DNA of 64,000 bases from the NCBI RefSeq assembly GCF_963921235.1, contig NC_086097.1, positions 238,950,001 through 239,014,000 on the forward strand. The letters are read 5' to 3'. The notes beneath the pieces were generated by a model, which saw only the letters and a program-made list of their open reading frames with translations, had not been told where the DNA came from and did not search any database. Below, piece by piece: positions 12,784 to 24,623 of this stretch (its first letter is position 1; every line of letters starts with the position of its first letter). Both the position numbers and the translations under genes were made by a program. The stretch comes from Mobula hypostoma (Eukaryota).

Positions 12784-13139
12784 GTGCTCCGATAAAGACC
12801 TTGGTCCCTTGGGGAAAGTAATGAATAATTATACCAAATTTATTTTGAATCCCATGGAGCATGTGGAAACCTTCCAATACCCAGGCGGTTCTTTTCTCTT
12901 TTCTCTCTTTCTTTCTTTTTAGGTAGGACTATATATATGGGGAGGGGGAGGGTTAAGGGGAGGGGGGAGGGTAGATTTTATCTTTTCATGTATTCTTTTT
13001 GAAAACTCAATAAAAATTATATTACAAAAAAGAAGTCCAACAGCAGATTCTACTCAGTTTATGTGAGGGAGAAAGGTAAGTTTCAGATAAGTTGTATTAC
13101 TTTAGTTGATTTACTTGAGTATATTTAATTTTTTTTAAT

Positions 13140-13765
13140 GTGTGGACTATGGATGGAGCGAATAGCCAGAAAATATTTCCCAAGGTGGAAATGACTAATA
13201 CAAGGGGAAAATGGTTTTAGAGTGATTGGAAGAAGGTGCATGGGGAATGTCAGAGGCGTCAGCACATCCTCTGACTGTGTTGGTTGTTAAAACAAACCTT
13301 TAACACCCTTACTAATCAAGAACCTCTCAATGTCCACTTGAAATATATCCAATGACTTTGCCTGCATAGCTGTGGCAATAAATTCCACAGGTTCACCTCT
13401 GGCTAAAGAAATTCCTCATCATCTATTCTCAAGGGATGTCCTTGTATTCTGAAGCTGTGTCCTCTGGTCCCAGACTCCCCCACTATTGGAAACATCCATT
13501 GAACTGCCACTCTGTCGAGGCCTTTCAATTCATGGTGGGTTTCAACGATACACCCTTCATTCTTCTAAACTCTAGTAAGTATAAGCCCAGAGCCATTAAA
13601 ACACTCCTCATACATAAAAACGTTTATTCATGGGATCATTCTTTGGATCCTTCTCTACTCTCTCCAATGCCAGCACACACTTTCTCATGTTTAGAAGCCT
13701 AAAACTGGTCATAATACTCCAAGTGCATTCTGACTAATGCCTTATAAAACCTCAGCTTTACATTT
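13140..13765. mobile_element. CR1 fragments (+ about 13140-13255; - about 13300-13765)
   Basis: Similarity to CR1 ORF2 3' ends elsewhere in the window. Confidence 0.7.
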
Positions 13766-14479
13766 TCAGAACTAATTGAAAATTGCTCAAACTATGACAA
13801 CTATATTTTGCATCCAATGTCATTTGAACCTCACAAATTGAACTTAAAGGATCAGCAAGTTTGGATATTATAGTCAACATCTACAAAGCAAACTACCTCT
13901 TCCCTTTGATCCCCATTGCATCATTCTAGTGTCTAGCAATGAGGGTTCATGGCATGGTGCAGGAAAATGTCAACTATTTTCCATCTATCTCTCAATGAAG
14001 GCAATGAAATTCGCCATTACCCTTGAACGCACCAGTGCAGCCATTGGTTCATAAAGGAAAAAGGCCCTTGTGTCAAATCTAATCAAAGGTATAAAGGTGC
14101 ATCTTATCATCAAAGTATGTGTTCAGAACACAACTCTGAGATTCGTCTTCTCCAGATTGCCATGAAATACAGAAAACCATGGAAATTGTTGAATGAAAAG
14201 ACATCAGCCCAGCCCCATACAAAAAGAAAAAGAAACAAAAATTCTCAAACCCCAATGACTCAAACCCTCCCTAGCATAAAAACCAACAGATCGACCACCC
14301 AGAAAATGGCAGCTAGTACCACACACTGTCCCAGATGCTACCATCCGGGAAATGGTACAGCAGCATAAAAGCCACGATCAACAGGCTCCGGGATAGCTTG
14401 GTACAACCCTAAATCTCCAGCCTCCTCCCTCACAAAAAAACTAACATATCATCCACTAGGAATGCATAACTCATGAACT

Positions 14480-15425
14480 GAATTGAATTAAATTGACTTT
14501 ATTACTTACATACTTCATATACATGAAGAATAAAAATCTTTACATTAAGTTGCCATTCAAATGTGCAATGTGCAATTGCAGTAATTCATAATAAATATTA
14601 TATACAACAGGATGGTGAATATAACATAGAAATACAATTGCATCAGCACGAATTAAGCAGTCTGATGGCCTGGTGGAAGAAGCTGTCCCGGAGCCTGTTG
14701 ATCCTGGCTTTTATGCTGCTGCACCATTTACCGGATGGTAACATCTGGGACAGTGTGTAGTTGGGGTGACTCAGGTCTCCAATGATCCTTCAGGCCCTTT
14801 TTCCACACCTGTTTCTGTAAATGTCTTGAATAGTGGGAAGTCCACATCTACAGATGCGCTGGGCTGTCCGCACCACTCTCTGCAGAGTCCTGCGATTGAG
14901 GGAAGTACAGTTCCCATACCAGGCAGTGATGCAGCCAGTCAGGATGCTCTCAATTGTGCCCCTATGCCGGGGAACTTAAAACTGTTCACCGTCTCAATCC
15001 TAGATCCATTAATGTCTACAGGGGTTAGCCTGTCTCCATTCCTCCTGTAGTCCACAACCAGCTCCTTTGTATTTGCGACATTGAGAGAGGGGTTGTTTTC
15101 CTGACACCACTGTGTCAGGGTAATGACTTCCTCTCTGCAGACTGCCTCATTATTATTTGAGATTAGGCCAATCTGTGTAGTGTGGTCAGCAAATTTAATT
15201 AGCAGATTGGAGCTGTGGGTGGTGACATAGTCATGGGTATACAGAGAGTAAAGGAGGAGGGTTTAATACACAGCCCTGAGGGGCACCTGTGTTGAGGGTC
15301 AGAGGAGCAGAAGTGAGGGATTAAATTCTTACTACCTGTTGATGATCTGACAGGAAGTCCAGGAACCAGCTACACAAGGCACAGTGAAGGCGAGGTCTCT
15401 GAGCTTCTTGTCAAGCCTGGAGGAA
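14480..15425 (-). mobile_element. Rex1/Babar-type LINE, 5'-truncated
   Basis: Minus strand has RT motifs (GAPQGCVL, KFADHT) and a TCAAT-type tail preceded by AATAAA. Confidence 0.75.
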
Positions 15426-15429
15426 ATTA

Positions 15430-15840
15430 TAGTGTGACTAAACATGTGACATTGATGAAGGTAGAACAGGAGAAGTAGTGTATATGTATTTCAGTAAGGC
15501 ATTTGATAAGATAACCCATGCAAGGCTTATTGAGAAAATAAGGAGGCATGGGATCCAAGGGGACATTGATTAGTGGATCCAGAACTGGCTTGCCCACAGA
15601 AGGCAGAGTGGTTGTAGATGGGTCATATTCTGCATGGAGGTCGGTCACCAGTGGAGTGCCTCAGGGATCTGTTCTGGGACCCTTACTCTTCGTGATTTTT
15701 ATAAATGAGCTGGATGAGGAAGTGGAGGGATGGGTTAGTAAGTTTGCTGATGACACAAAGGTTGGGGGTTTTGTGAATAGTGTGGAGGGCTGTCAGAGAT
15801 TACAGTGGGACATTGATAGGATACAAAATTGGGCTGAGAG
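15430..15840 (+). mobile_element. CR1 RT fragment
   Basis: VTSGVPQGSVLGPLLFVIFIN...SKFADDTK in ORF 15548-15952. Confidence 0.9.
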
Positions 15841-16039
15841 AAAGGTACTGATTTGTAACAGGGGATACATCGCGCAACATCCACCCAAACCGAGATTCAC
15901 AACCTTTCCCTATTATAACTCAGATCCTCAAGTCCTAACAACATTCTTGTAATTCCTTTTAAGTCCTTCATCAGGATTTTCATGAACATTTTGTGTGCAT
16001 TGGTCAAGGTTTCTAGCATCTGTAGAAGCTCATAAGTCA

Positions 16040-16672
16040 GAATGCTCATGGTTCACTGGGCAACAATGAACCATGCCTTCCTCTATGCTACAGGGACCTT
16101 TCTATTTAGAGCACATTCCTGAAAATTTACCATCAATGCAGAGTCTGCAAGTTCCTCCAAATGCAGTGGAAGCATGAATGAACCCCCATCAGTGTCCTCT
16201 TCCAGGCCAACATTCTCAGAAATACTGCCTAAGTTAGAAATATTAAAGCCACAACATTTATAGGTCTGATACCAGTCTCTCAAACACACTCTCCATTTTG
16301 ATTTTTGTCATGGGAAGGGATTACCAGGCAGACATATAGAAGATTCAAGGATATGTACAAAGCCTCCTTAAAGAAATGAAACATCTCCACTATTTCCTGG
16401 GAATCTCTGGGCATGACCACTGATGATAGTGGCGAGACATTCAGAAGAGCATGAGGTCAAACATCAGGAGGATGCAAAAGCCTTGCATTATTGGCAGAAG
16501 GAATGGGCTACATCACAAACTGTCCAACTATCTTACCCATCCGGCACTTCCCGCCCATCTGTAGAAAAGTCTGACATCCCATATTGAAATCATTAGCCAT
16601 CTCTACACATTACCCAATAAATCAGGGTGAGAGCAAGTCATTCTCAGTCCAGAGGGTTTGCTGAGAAGAAGA
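16040..16672 (+). mobile_element. Old RTE-clade LINE 3' relic
   Basis: Decayed RFKDMYKASLKK...ISWESL C-terminus; ends in a GAA-repeat. A similar relic lies at about 18300-18620. Confidence 0.55.
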
Positions 16673-17199
16673 GTGTGTAATAACAATATAATTAATTTGC
16701 TATATTGGTCAGCTAGATCTACATTCATCTAGCAGAAAAACTTCTCAGCAAGATATTGTAGAATGTTGTGGATTAAATATTCCTTGTCCTGGTTGACAAT
16801 ATTTACAACTTAGCATGTTGTGGCTTGGAATTATCCAGCTTTATGGTCTTTTAACTCAACAAGTAATGAAGCAAGTGGATTTCAGCCTTTGTGCCGCATT
16901 AATATTTGCAAAGATGCAAGATTTATGAACTAATTTAAATTACTCAAATTACTGTAATACTTTCAAGTCAGATTTTGGCAGTATTCGGTCACGTCCTTTG
17001 TTTTTGAATTAATAAATGTCGGTCAAAGCACGACATAATTTCATAGAAACATGGCATTATTTGGTAAGTAGTGAATTAGATGTCAGTTTACTGCATAATA
17101 ATTTATATTCTTTGGAATGCAAACTATAATTACAAAATTCAAAGATCTATAAAATGTATGAAATATCATACATAGTGTAGTGAGACGGTAAAGAAGGAC

Positions 17200-18100
17200 A
17201 GGCAAATGTAAGGCACTGAAAAAGCCATAAAGAGAGAAAAGATGAAATATGAAGGTAAGTTAGCCAATAATATAAAACAGGATTCCAAAAGATTTCTTTT
17301 TCAGATATATAAAGAGTAAAAGAGAGAGGTGAGTGAATATCGGGCCCATTTTCTAGTTGGCTGCCAGAGATTTATGTTGTTGGGCCTGCTTTTTTTAAAG
17401 TTATATCCCAGTGATTTGGATGATGGAATTGATAGCTTTGTGGCCAGGTTTGTGGATGATACAAAAGTAGGTGGAGAGGCAGGTCATGTTGAGGAAGCAG
17501 GCAGTCTGCCGAATCACTCAGATGAATTGGGAGAATGGACAAAGAAGTAGCAGATGGAATATAGTGCAATAAAGTGTATATTCATGCTCTTTGGTAGAGG
17601 GAATAATAACCTAGACTATTTTCTAAATACAAACTGTAGGAAGAAAATTCAAATTTTGTGATGCAAAATGAATGGATCTTCGACTTCCTCATTGGGAGAC
17701 CACAGTCAGTGCAGATCAGTGATAACATCTCCTCTTTGCAGATAATCAGCACAGACACACTACAAGGGCACATACTTAGCTCTACTCTTTCTAAACTCAT
17801 GACTGTATGGCGAGGAACAGCTCAAACACCATCTAAAATTTAGTTTACACCAATGGTGTTGATGAAATGTCAGATAGAAATGAGAAAGCATACAGTGGTG
17901 AGATAGATTGATAGATTGCCTGGTTGAAAGTTGTCACAACACAGCAACTTCACACTCATTGTGAATTAATTGCGGACTTCAGGCAGCGAAAGTTGGGAAA
18001 ATACATATGACCCCTCAACAGTAGATAGGGTGAGCAGCATCTCAGAGGATCTATCATGGACTCAACATATTGCATTTCAAGGATAAGCAAACTGACATCA
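17200..18100 (+). mobile_element. Decayed CR1 (17200-17640) and Rex1 (17650-18100) fragments
   Basis: VARFVDDTKVGG (CR1) and WIFDFLIGRPQSV (Rex1). Confidence 0.7.
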
Positions 18101-18123
18101 ATCTCCCATCCCACCTCGTCTCT

Positions 18124-18276
18124 TCCTTCAGTTAGTCCTGACGAAGGGTCTCGGCCTGAAACGTCTGAAACGTTGACTGCACCTCTTCCTATAGATGCTG
18201 CTTGGCCTGCTGCGTTCACCAGCAACTTTGATGTATGTTGCTTGAATTTCCAGCATCTGCAGAATTCCTGTTGTTT
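18124..18276 (+). mobile_element. PLE-terminus insertion with hammerhead
   Basis: 8-bp TSD TCGTCTCT (18116-18123, 18277-18284); nearly identical to 45679-45808 over the shared part. Confidence 0.8.
18134..18178 (+). ncRNA. Type I hammerhead ribozyme with complete stems I-III
   Basis: AGTC-CTGACGA-AGG(GTCTCGG)CCT-GAA-ACGT(CTGAA)ACGT-T-GACT. Confidence 0.7.
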
Positions 18277-18919
18277 TCGTCTCTAATTAAACTCATTTGG
18301 CTCTGTTGGGTAAGCCATTGTCATTAACACACTCAACACTACAGTCCTGAAGAAGGCAGGCTATTCCATTCTCTGCCAAGACAGACAGAGGAAATAATGC
18401 AAGCATGTTTTAAAAGCTTCCTTGAGACTTGCTAAGCATCTATCCCTGCTGATTTATGGGAATCCTTGGCCCATGGCCTACCAGAATGGAGAAGGGGAAA
18501 TGGACATGGCTTTGAGAAACATGCCCTTTCATCAGGAGTGCAGAGAAACTGTAGATGGTTGAATGAACATAACACCTCATAAACTATCCATTTGCCAACT
18601 CTCTCAAGCTTCCGCTGCTCTGCCAGTGACATATTGATCACATCAGCCACCTTAAAAATGCAGTGGAAATGAATAAAGTTATCGTTGACCCTGAGAAGAA
18701 GTAAATTAAATTAGTAAAAGGACACCAATTTTAAAGATTTCTTAAGCTCACTAGTCCATTGTCCACAACAGCACTTTAAAACATGGGCCTAAAGTAACTC
18801 CAAAGAAATTTAAGACTTTTATTTTCAACAGTAAAAACATTAGGAAGCATAGGACCTCATAACTTTTGAGCCCAAATGGTCAATAATGATGGTTCGATCT
18901 AAATAAACATTCATTCACC

Positions 18920-19345
18920 ATACTTCATTAGGTTATTGGGGAGATTTAATATGTCACCAAAGATATTAGCAAATTTCTACTGATATACCATAGAGAGCAT
19001 TCTGGCAGGTTACGTCACTGCCTAGTATGGAGGCTCCAATGCACTGGGTCAACAGAGGCTGCTGAAGGTTGTAGACTCATCACAGGCATAACCCTTCCCA
19101 CCACCGAGGATATCTTCAAAAGGTGGTGTCTCAAGAAGGTAGAATCCAGAATTAAGGACACCCATTATCCCTGACATGCCCTCTTTTCATTACTATCATC
19201 AGAGAGGAGATTCCAGGAGCCTGAAGAAAAACACTCATTCTTTCAGGAACAGCTTCCCCTCTGCTATTAAATGTCTGTATGGTCCATAAAGATCTCACAA
19301 ATACTCTTTTGCACCAGTTATTTTTCCAATTTATAATAATTTTTA
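18920..19345 (+). mobile_element. Rex1/Babar-type 3' fragment
   Basis: Homologous to 400-760. Confidence 0.65.
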
Positions 19346-19904
19346 GGTGTTTCACTCTCTGCCTGGATTTAGGCCATGCTTCACAGCTTTGGAAAGACCA
19401 CTTGATTTGTGTATTGTATCTGTTTATGGATGGCACTAACCTCCTCCCACCTACCTCACTTCATCTCACTCTGATACCGAATCCCACACAAAATTTTACC
19501 TGAATGTCCTCTAGGATTTATTAGTGATTACCTTGTGCTTATGGGTCCTGGTATTGGTCTGCTCCATTCATGGAGCATCTCCTCAACACCTTCCCAAATA
19601 AACCAATGTCATAAATTTAAGGGTTACCATGAGTTCACCTCTCCAGACTTATTGTAGATTAATCTTCCCTAAAATTATGTTCTTCCAATTGTGACATCAT
19701 CCTTGCAAATCTAAGTAGGTCTTTACCCAGGACCTCCATATTTTATTTCCCCAAATTCCTTTAAAGGTGGTGTGACATAAATAATGAAAAGGTTCCTCTG
19801 TTTCATACTCTTCTATTAATCCTGTCGGGAAAGATTTTGCAACTAATTTATGAAGAATCATGGATAAATTTTGGTGTTTGATCCCCAAATATGCCAGGCG
19901 TGTC

Positions 19905-22458
19905 TCTGTAGATGGAGGGTGGAGCTTAGGATGATGGTGCCTAACAATGACTCCTTTGTTTGCATCTTCGGAAACAGCTCTATTGCCATCTTTATTATCT
20001 CTATTTTTCTCTTTCAGGGTTCTTTTGAGGACCCTGACCTGGAGTTACATGCTGACTTCTGTTCTTTGCGGGAATGGAACCCGCTCTCAGTGCCTCACGA
20101 CGGGCTATTTTTCAATATGCCAAGGACGCGGGCTGCCAGACTAGCGCGCCTTCAGGGTGCCGAATGTTCGTGGCTCTGGATGCAGGCAAATTCGAGGTCA
20201 GTGCCATCGCCTGGTGTGTTGTGGGAGTACACGGATGATTGAAAGCAGCGAGCAGGCTGCTGACTGTGTTCCCAGAGACCTTGGATCTTTGAGCACAGAG
20301 TTCGGAAAAAGCGACGCAACAGAACTTAACCACCATAAACTGGTGAGTTGTTTTGTTATCTCTCCCTTCTCGTTGTGAGAAAGGAAAAGGAAAAGGAAAA
20401 GACTGGTAAAGACAAATGTAGGTCCCCTGCAGACAGAAACAGGTGAATTGATTATGGGGAGCAAGGACATGGCAGACCAATTGAATAATTACTTTGGTTC
20501 TGTCTTCACTAAGGAGGACATAAATAATCTTCCAGAAATAGTAGGGGACAGAGGGTCCAGTGAGATGGAGGAACTGAGCGAAATACATGTTAGTAGGGAA
20601 GTGGTGTTAGGTAAATTGAAGGGATAAATCCCCAGGGCCAGATGGTCTGCATCCTAGAGTGCTTAAGGAAGTAGCCCAGGAAATAATGGATGCATTAGTG
20701 ATAATTTTTCAAAACTCGTTAGATTCTGGACTAGTTCCTGAGGATTGGAGGGTGGCTAATGTAACCCCACTTTTTAAAAAAGGAGGGAGAGAGAAACCGG
20801 GGAATTATAGACCGGTTAGCCTAACGTCGGTGGTGGGGAAACTGCTGGAGTCAGTTATCAAGGATGTGATAACAGCACATTTGGAAAGCGGTGAAATGAT
20901 CGGACAAAGTCAGCATGGATTTGTGAAAGGAAAATCATGTCTGACGAATCTCATAGAATTTTTTGAGGATGTAACTAGTAGAGTGGATAGGGGAGAACCA
21001 GTGGATGTGGTATATTTGGATTTTCAAAAGACTTTTGACAAGGTCCCACACAGGAGATTAGTGTGCAAACTTAAAGCACACGGTATTGGGGGTAAGGTAT
21101 TGGTGTGGGTGGAGAATTGGTTAGCAGACAGGAAGCAAAGAGTGGGAATAAACGGGACCTTTTCAGAATGGCAGGCGGTGACTAGTGGGGTACCGCAAGG
21201 CTCAGTGCTGGGACCCCAGTTGTTTACAATAGTTGTTTACAAGTTGTTTGCAATTTAATGTGGTTAAATATGAAGTTATCCACTTTGGTGGCAAAAATAG
21301 GAAAACAGATTATTATCTGAATGGTGGCCGATTAGGAAAAGGGGAGGTGCAACGAGACCTGGGTGTCATTATACACCAGTCATTGAAAGTGGGCATGCAG
21401 GTACAGCAGACGGTGAAAAAGGCGAATGGTATGCTGGCATTTATAGCGAAAGGATTCGAGTACAGGAGCAGGGAGGTACTACTGCAGTTGTACAAGGCCT
21501 TGGTGAGACCACACCTGGAGTATTGTGTGCAGTTTTGGTCCCCTAATCTGAGGAAAGACATCCTTGCCATAGAGGGAGTACAAAGAAGGTTCACCAGATT
21601 GATTCCTGGGATGGCAGGACTTTCATATGAAGAAAGACTGGATGAACTGGGCTTGTACTCGTTGGAATTTAGAAGATTGAGGGGGGGTCTGATTGAAATG
21701 TATAAGATCCTAAAGGGATTGGACAGGCTAGATGCAGGAAGATTGTTCCCGATGTTGGGGAAGTCCAGAACGAGGGGCCACAGTTTGAGGATAGAGGGGA
21801 AGCCTTTTAGGACTGAGATTAGGAAAAACTTCTTCACACAGAGAGTGGTGAATCTGAGGAATTCTCTGCCACAGGAAACTGTTGAGGCCAGTTCATTGGC
21901 TATATTTAAGAGGGAGTTAGATATGGCCCTTGTGGCTATGGGGGTCAGGGGGTATGGAGGGAAGGCTGGGGCGGGGTTCTGAGTTGGATGATCAGCCATG
22001 ATCATAATAAATGGCAGTGCAGGCCCGAAGGGCCAAATGGCCTACTCCTGCACCTATTTTCTATGTTTCTATGTTTCTATGTGACACGGGGACACCTCTT
22101 TTTCCCTTATTAGGGAGGGAGAGAGAGCCTGTGGTATGTCGAATTACCAGGAGAATGAGTAACCTATGGGGTACTGCAAGTCTGTGTCTTTAGTGATGCT
22201 TTGCTGCACGCTTGAGTGCTCGGTGGAGGATGCTGATGCTTTTTTGCTGGTGGGGGAGAAAGGGTAATCACTTTTCTGCTGCTTATGCATGGGAGGAGGG
22301 AGATGGCGGGGGCTGTGGCGTTCTAACATTTAACATTCATTCCTTGGGGCATTCCTCTGTTTTCGTGGATGTTTGCGAAAAGAAAGAATTCCAGGATGCA
22401 AATTGTATACATATCTCTGACATTAAATGTATCTATTAACCTATTGAAACCTATTGAA
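19905..22458 (+). mobile_element. Non-coding LINE-tailed element (family A, copy 1), split by CR1
   Basis: 19995-20378 and 22080-22450 are colinear with 60795-61036 and 62124-62625; CCTATTGAAA-repeat tail. Confidence 0.7.
20379..22079 (+). mobile_element. CR1 LINE, 5'-truncated, with internal deletion
   Basis: ORFs 20659-21258 (NYRPVSLTS, YLDFQKTFD, GVPQGSVLGP) and 21233-21982; TTTCTATG-repeat tail. Confidence 0.95.
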
Positions 22459-22479
22459 AACTAGCAGAAATAAGCATAA

Positions 22480-23010
22480 AGATAAGACCATAAGATATAG
22501 GAGAAGAATTATGAGCCATTTGGTCCAGCTAGTCTGCTCTGCCATTTCATCATGGCTAATCTATTTTTCTTCCCAGCCCCAATCTCCCTGTATCCTTCAT
22601 GCCCTGACTAATCAATAATCTATCAGCTTCTACCTTAAATATTCCCAATGGCTTGGCCTCCACAGCTGCCTGTGGCAAAGAATTCCATAGATTCACCACT
22701 CTCTAGTTAAAGAAATTCCTCCTCATCTCTGTTCTAAATGGACACCTCTCTGTTCTGAGACTATGTCTTCTGGTCTTAGGCTCCCCCACCATAGAAAACA
22801 CACTCTCCACATACACTCTATCGAGGCCTTTCAATTCACAATTCAGTTCCAATGAAGGTTGTCAATATTCATACTCATCACTTCGACCCCCTCTCACTCT
22901 CCACACAGGTTTTGTCTCTTTCCCAGTTCTGATGAAGGGTCTTCAGTCTTCAATCTGAAATACTATGTTTCTTTTTTCAAGGACGTGTCCTGGCCTGCTT
23001 AGCATTTACA
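22480..23010. mobile_element. CR1 3' fragment (-, 22480-22840) and decayed PLE terminus (+, 22880-23010)
   Basis: ACCATAAG tail on the CR1; CTGATGAAGGGTCT core remnant near 22930. Confidence 0.65.
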
Positions 23011-23224
23011 GATTTGTTTTAATTACGTACTCAGAGATGTTCTTCCCACTCCTGTGACGTCTTTATACCCCATTGCTCGAGATCTTGCTTCTTCAAAGAT
23101 CAATCATGAAAAACCTTGCCTCTCTGATAAAAAAAAATAGGTCCAAATTCTTCAAGATCTGATCATTATATTCAAGATTGATGCAATACTTAAGAGCAGT
23201 CTTCCATGCCTGGTACTGAACTGA

Positions 23225-23410
23225 TAATCCATAAGCTCCCTCAAGTGACCTTAAATGATCCTGAAAAATATTTCGGTGAAGAGCAAGTTCATTATCCCAG
23301 GAGTCCTGGCTAGTACTTGTCCCTCATAACATCAGAAAAATACATTATCAGGACAATGCTACACCATAGCTAATTGGAGAGTGATATATGCAAATTGGCT
23401 TCAGCATTCA
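23225..23410 (+). mobile_element. DeuSINE (SacSINE1/AmnSINE1-like) central-domain relic
   Basis: Ordered blocks GATCC..GAAGAGCA..GTCCTGGC..TCCCTCA..AACATCA..ATTATC..GCAAATTGGCT match the Deu domain as recalled. Confidence 0.55.
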
Positions 23411-23624
23411 AGAGAAAAAGTTTTGGAGGGCATTTCTTTGCAAGATCTAGACCATTGCTTTTACTTTTCTTTAATTACCTAATGAAAGAAGAAAACATCA
23501 CCCTTGCAAACCCAATTTTTCCAAAGCTAGTTAAATTGTTCAGAAATAACATTCTTTCATCCTGTTAAAAATGTGGTTTTCAATTCACAGTCTGAACATT
23601 TGATTGGCTTTAATTCTAAATACT

Positions 23625-24208
23625 GTAGAACATACCATGTAGAACATTATAACACAATGTAGACCCTTTGACCCACAACATTGAGCTGACATTTTAACTT
23701 ACTCTAAGATCAATTTAACTCTTCCCATCCATATCGCCCTCCATTTTTTAAAATCATTGATGCATCTATCTGAGAATCTCTTAAATTTCCTGAATGTATC
23801 TGCCTCTACCACCATACCTGTCAAGGTTTTCCACACAGTCACCACTCTCTATGTAAAAAATGTACCTCTGACATCCCCCTATGCGGTCCTCCAATCACCT
23901 AAAAATTATGCCCCTCTTATGAGACATTTCCACCCTGGGAAAAAGTTTCTGGTTGTTCACTCAATCTAAGACTCTTATCATCTTGTACACCTCCATCAAC
24001 TCACTTCTCATCTTCCTTTGCTCCAAAGAGAAACATCCCAGCTCACTCACCTTACGTTCATAAGATATACTTGCTAATCCAGATGACATTCTGGTAAATC
24101 TCCTCTGCAACCTCTCTAAAGTTTCCACATCCTTTCTTTGATGAGGTGATCAGAAAGGAACACAACATTCCAAGTGTCACCTCACCAGGGTTTTACTGAA
24201 CTGCAACA
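23625..24208 (-). mobile_element. CR1 3' fragment, decayed
   Basis: TAGAACA-repeat tail; reverse-complement similarity to CR1 ORF2 3' end. Confidence 0.75.
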
Positions 24209-24623
24209 GTGCAGAGTTACTGTTCAAGAGCTGATGTCAAACCTTTGCAGACTTATTGACAGAGTTCCCGACAAATTCCACGGAGGAAAATGATTTTCAC
24301 ACTGAAATGTTCTTTGCTGAAATTTGGTGTCCTTTTAACCACATAGAAACAGTACCTGCTGTTACATTTATATGCAATAACTTTCATCATAGGACTGAAG
24401 AACTTCACGAATGTTGAGAAATTATACAATTTATAATTTCAATGGACAGATTGTTCAAGCTTTATTATTATGGTTCATGGCCTCTTTGTAAAGTTCAAAA
24501 AGGTTATTGGCTAGAAAACAATCACCCAACAACCTCTATTTATCATAAGTACAATATAAAATTTCTTACTGGTTTGTCACATTTGCTTTAAAGCAATAGT
24601 CTCTTTAAGATGCATATGGTATC

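Larger units (their letters stand above)
7287..13029 (+). mobile_element. Full-length L1-clade LINE
   Basis: 17-bp TSD AAGAAGTCCAACAGCAG (7270-7286, 13030-13046); G-run start; ORF1 and ORF2; G-rich 3' UTR; AATAAA at 13009-13014; short A-rich tail. Confidence 0.95.

Noticed and set aside
17047..17069. Exon ending at TTG|GTAAGT
   Set aside because: The nearest acceptor gives 17 nt and the alternative gives 82 nt; neither preserves frame and no peptide is recognisable.
21313..22005. 230-aa minus-strand ORF (similar ones at 41717-42547 and 61435-61896)
   Set aside because: Antisense shadows of CR1 coding sequence.
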